Source: Candidatus Poribacteria bacterium (GTDB lineage Bacteria; Poribacteria; WGA-4E; UBA9662). From it: 64,000 nucleotides of DNA. Numbering within the stretch: the first letter of the stretch is position 1; the number at the start of each line of letters is the position of its first letter. Below, one piece after another: positions 61,319-64,000 of the stretch. Both the position numbers and the translations under genes were made by a program. The stretch covers positions 64,001 to 128,000 of the forward strand of contig JAYGDX010000413.1 in NCBI GenBank assembly GCA_046582655.1. Reading direction: 5' to 3'. The notes under the pieces were generated by a model. It did not search any database. It had not been told where the DNA came from and was given only the letters and a program-made list of their open reading frames with translations.

Positions 61319-62230
61319 CTAGAATCCCAAATCGTAAATTGTCACTGAAAAAACTGAGGTTGATGTGCCATATTTTCCGTTGACATAAGCATAGTCAACA
61401 CGAAAACTATTGAGCTGGTAACCGAATCCAACAGTAGGACCATGTGAGATTCCATTGGTAAAACGATAACCCAACTGTATATTGACACCTTGGATCAGGT
61501 ACTCTAAACCAATTAAAGGGGCTCCATTGGCATAGTCAATCGCCAGTATGCTACCTGCCATCTTTTCGGACAACAACCCAAGCTTGATCGCCACACCGAT
61601 CCCAAATTCACGGTTCAGTATTTCATGATAAGATTTGGCTTCCGCATTTTTTAACTTCCGACGATTATAATTGACGCGCGAAATCAGATTTGGGAGTTTC
61701 AAACCAATCATTACTTGATTTTCCTGCATGGTGTAGCGGGCACCAATATCGAGTGCAACGCCACGCCCAGATCCAACCCGAATTTCACCGATGCTAGCTG
61801 ATGATGAAAGGAATCCACAATTCAAACCGATTTGCAAGGTTTTCCAAACTTTCTGCGCTATCGATATATCGAAGACAAGTTCCTGATAGAGTTCTTCTAA
61901 ATCGCTCGAACTTAGCAGACCAAACCCAATCCCGCGATTCGACTGAACTGGGATCGCCAACGAAATAAAACTATAATTGACCAGATCATGGATCTCGAAA
62001 TAGTTCAAACCCATTTCCGGCCGACTCGCGTCAACCAAGCCAGCGGGGTTCCATATAATTGCGTTAGTTCCCTTAGCCAAAGCAGTATATGAACCTCCCA
62101 TGCCCATTGGTCGCGCGGAGAGTCCCACATTCTCAAAAGCTGCATCAAGATGAAGAGATAAAAAGGAAAACAGAAAAACAAAAGGAATGAAGGTCCGTTG
62201 ATTCGCTACCATGTTCAGTTGGATTACCAT
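61319..62230 (-). CDS. PorV/PorQ-like outer-membrane beta-barrel protein
   Basis: SARPMGMGGSYTALA....AIIWNPAGL, LDIG..Y, G.GYQL..FRVDYAY. Confidence 0.7.
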   Translation of the reverse strand: MVIQLNMVANQRTFIPFVFLFSFLSLHLDAAFENVGLSARPMGMGGSYTALAKGTNAIIWNPAGLVDASRPEMGLNYFEIHDLVNYSFISLAIPVQSNRGIGFGLLSSSDLEELYQELVFDISIAQKVWKTLQIGLNCGFLSSSASIGEIRVGSGRGVALDIGARYTMQENQVMIGLKLPNLISRVNYNRRKLKNAEAKSYHEILNREFGIGVAIKLGLLSEKMAGSILAIDYANGAPLIGLEYLIQGVNIQLGYRFTNGISHGPTVGFGYQLNSFRVDYAYVNGKYGTSTSVFSVTIYDLGF

Positions 62231-62245
62231 GTTCAGTTTGGATTA
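62207..62245. repeat. Imperfect 18/19-bp tandem duplication spanning the start codon of the PorV-like gene
   Basis: taccatgttcagttggat followed by taccatgttcagtttggat. Confidence 0.85.
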
Positions 62246-62326
62246 AAATGATGAACTTAAGTTGACAGATCCACTAAAATTATAAGTTTGATCTACCTGA
62301 ATCGCAAGATAAGCCGCAATTCAACC

Positions 62327-62356
62327 TTGACAAGTTCGCACCCTCCTATATATTAT
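62327..62356 (+). promoter_or_regulatory. Putative sigma70 promoter
   Basis: TTGACA-N18-TATTAT upstream of the small ORF/PhyH pair. Confidence 0.45.
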
Positions 62357-62411
62357 GATCAATTAAAGCGAAATTTTCTCATTTATATTCATGTTATGTT
62401 TAAGGTATTAC

Positions 62412-62693
62412 ATGTCACAGCTACGGCAAAAGATACTCATGCTTTATCTGCATACACCGAATCTTGACAGCCACGTCGTTGCCTGGTCAGAATATGATGG
62501 CACAGACAGATCCAATGCTACAACAGGAGACAGCGATCAACCTCCATATAATTCCGTTCTGGCCGCAATGAAGGAAGGTTGGCGAGTAGTCCAATTCCCA
62601 CAGCAATTCCCTGCCTATCCAGGCACGGAATACCATACTGCATATCTCAGGTTTGAATACATCCTCGAAAAAATGGAGAAAATCGATGATTAA
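62412..62693 (+). CDS. Small hypothetical protein coupled to the PhyH gene
   Basis: ATG at 62412 with TAAGGT RBS; PPY.SVLAAM.EGWRVVQFP motif; stop overlaps the next start. Confidence 0.75.
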   Translation: MSQLRQKILMLYLHTPNLDSHVVAWSEYDGTDRSNATTGDSDQPPYNSVLAAMKEGWRVVQFPQQFPAYPGTEYHTAYLRFEYILEKMEKIDD

Positions 62694-63501
62694 CAAAAAT
62701 TATCTCTTAGATTCCAAACAGATGGCAAATTTTGCCTCTGATGGATTTCTTCGGTTTGACGAATTAGTTCCTGACGAATTAAACAAAGCTGCTCATAAAG
62801 CTATGGAAGACAGGACCATTGAAGGAGGTCGCGCTGGTACAGCATTCAGTCAGGTATGGTCTCAAGATTCTCCTATGCGCAGGATCTTCAATATGTCTGA
62901 AATTCAGGGAATTATTCATAGTATGGTTGGACCGAAACCTCTATATGACCACCAAGCTATTCATGTTGTTAACGCCGGCAACAACAGCGGTCAAATTTGG
63001 CATGGAGACGCTATTATTGATATACGCATGCATTTTGACATCCAATTCTTTTACTTTGCCCATGACACGCCACGTGAAATGGGAGGGACCATGATTCTAC
63101 CAGGCAGCCATTATCGCCGCATTTGCGAGACAGACATCGCGCGGTATCAGAACTTCTTAGGGCAACTACCTTCTGTCTGTAAGGCGGGCACAATTATAGT
63201 TGTTCACCATGGCATGTGGCATTGCGCCCAGCCAAATCTGACTGACCGCACACGATACATGTTTAAACTGAGACTGAACCCAACAGTGCGCCAGATGCAA
63301 CTCTGGAACACAGATGATATTGATGATCCTTCAATACCCGGGCTATTGGGTAAAAATCACAAATGGTATGGGAATGATGTTCGTCTTGAGTTTGTCAACC
63401 GAATCAAATTCTGGCGGTTTTTGACAGGCAATGAAAACTTTGATATCGGGTACTGGTTATCCCGTCTGGAAAATATGCCGGAAAATGTTGCTGTCGCATA
63501 A
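62686..63501 (+). CDS. Phytanoyl-CoA dioxygenase (PhyH) family Fe(II)/2OG oxygenase
   Basis: F..DGFL, WHGD (HxD), GGTMILPGSH, GMWH, TRYMFK; ATG at 62686 with GGAG RBS. Confidence 0.88.
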   Translation: MINKNYLLDSKQMANFASDGFLRFDELVPDELNKAAHKAMEDRTIEGGRAGTAFSQVWSQDSPMRRIFNMSEIQGIIHSMVGPKPLYDHQAIHVVNAGNNSGQIWHGDAIIDIRMHFDIQFFYFAHDTPREMGGTMILPGSHYRRICETDIARYQNFLGQLPSVCKAGTIIVVHHGMWHCAQPNLTDRTRYMFKLRLNPTVRQMQLWNTDDIDDPSIPGLLGKNHKWYGNDVRLEFVNRIKFWRFLTGNENFDIGYWLSRLENMPENVAVA

Positions 63502-63515
63502 AACTTAAATTAAGC

Positions 63516-63593
63516 CTAGAAGAAGACTATATTAAGTATAAAATAGCAAAGTATGCTGAAGACGGCGAAAAACATAGCGGAGTTTGAGGACAT
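63516..63593 (-). CDS. Possible 25-aa single-pass membrane peptide
   Basis: MSSNSAMFFAVFSILCYFILNIVFF* preceded by GAAGGA. Confidence 0.3.
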   Translation of the reverse strand: MSSNSAMFFAVFSILCYFILNIVFF

Positions 63594-63715
63594 TTGTCCT
63601 TCTATTTCTGTTTGTTTGAACAAAAATGTTGACATAACCAAAATTTGTACAGCTCCAAACTCGGTTTCGCTGAATTCTGTGCACGTAAAATTTGCAGGTA
63701 ACCACATTTAAATTG

Positions 63716-63988
63716 ATGGCTGATATTAAAAAGCTGCCGATTGATGGGACTCTTGATCTACACACGTTTCATCCAAGTGACGTGAGAGATCTTGTTAAAA
63801 ACTATCTGATTGAATGTCAGAAAATTAGAATATATCGTGTTCGTATCATTCATGGCAAAGGAGCGGGTGTACTGCGAGAAATTGTCCACTCGGTGCTTTC
63901 GGATCTAAGTTTTGTTGCTCAGTTTCAACTTGCTGATGAGAGGGAAGGTGCCTGGGGTGCCACATTGGCAAATCTCAAGTCGATTTGA
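63716..63988 (+). CDS. Stand-alone Smr domain protein
   Basis: IDGTLDLHTF, RIIHGKG.G.LR..V, GAWGAT. Confidence 0.9.
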   Translation: MADIKKLPIDGTLDLHTFHPSDVRDLVKNYLIECQKIRIYRVRIIHGKGAGVLREIVHSVLSDLSFVAQFQLADEREGAWGATLANLKSI

Positions 63989-64000
63989 GCGAATAACAAA

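Noticed and set aside
249..63765. Numerous 60-130 aa ORFs in the track that lie antisense to or nested within confident genes
   Set aside because: Shadow ORFs without recognisable motifs or RBS; explained by the codon structure of the real genes
1..64000. CRISPR array, tRNA/rRNA genes, transposases, integrases, prophage genes
   Set aside because: No regularly spaced repeats, tRNA-like motifs or mobile-element proteins recognised by eye; a tRNAscan/Rfam run would be needed to exclude small RNAs completely

Overview
Gene-dense bacterial chromosome segment of moderate, AT-leaning composition. Candidatus Poribacteria is the likely source; this is an inference from the secreted protein ending in a dockerin-like pair plus the 'LLPNYPNPFNPETWIPY...RKMIVLK' C-terminal sorting domain, and from the PhyH, VWA and FGE-sulfatase genes. 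Housekeeping genes: hemL-polyprenyl synthase-sirC-hemA-hemC, purB, recD2, thrC, nadB, clpB, dapB, ilvD, tsaD/tsaC. There is also a Gld-like ABC system and a probable L-galactose to tagaturonate to fructuronate cluster. The most interesting block is a co-oriented cluster at 33.5-42.5 kb, divergent from clpB. It encodes an NPF-repeat coiled-coil protein, a PspA/IM30 (ESCRT-III superfamily) protein, a solute-binding protein fused to an OmpA-like domain, a complete ABC importer, a membrane-anchored coiled-coil protein and a tandem AAA+ ATPase with a dead first module. A second SBP-OmpA plus VWA pair lies at 47-50 kb. Other oddities are an internally duplicated precorrin-2 dehydrogenase with a Cys tail, a gene split at an in-phase A_AAA_AAG -1 slippery site, a gene needing an ATT/CTG start, a Coq4-motif protein and two pseudogenes. 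I recognised no rRNA, tRNA, CRISPR array or mobile element. All calls are by motif recognition only, with no database searches.
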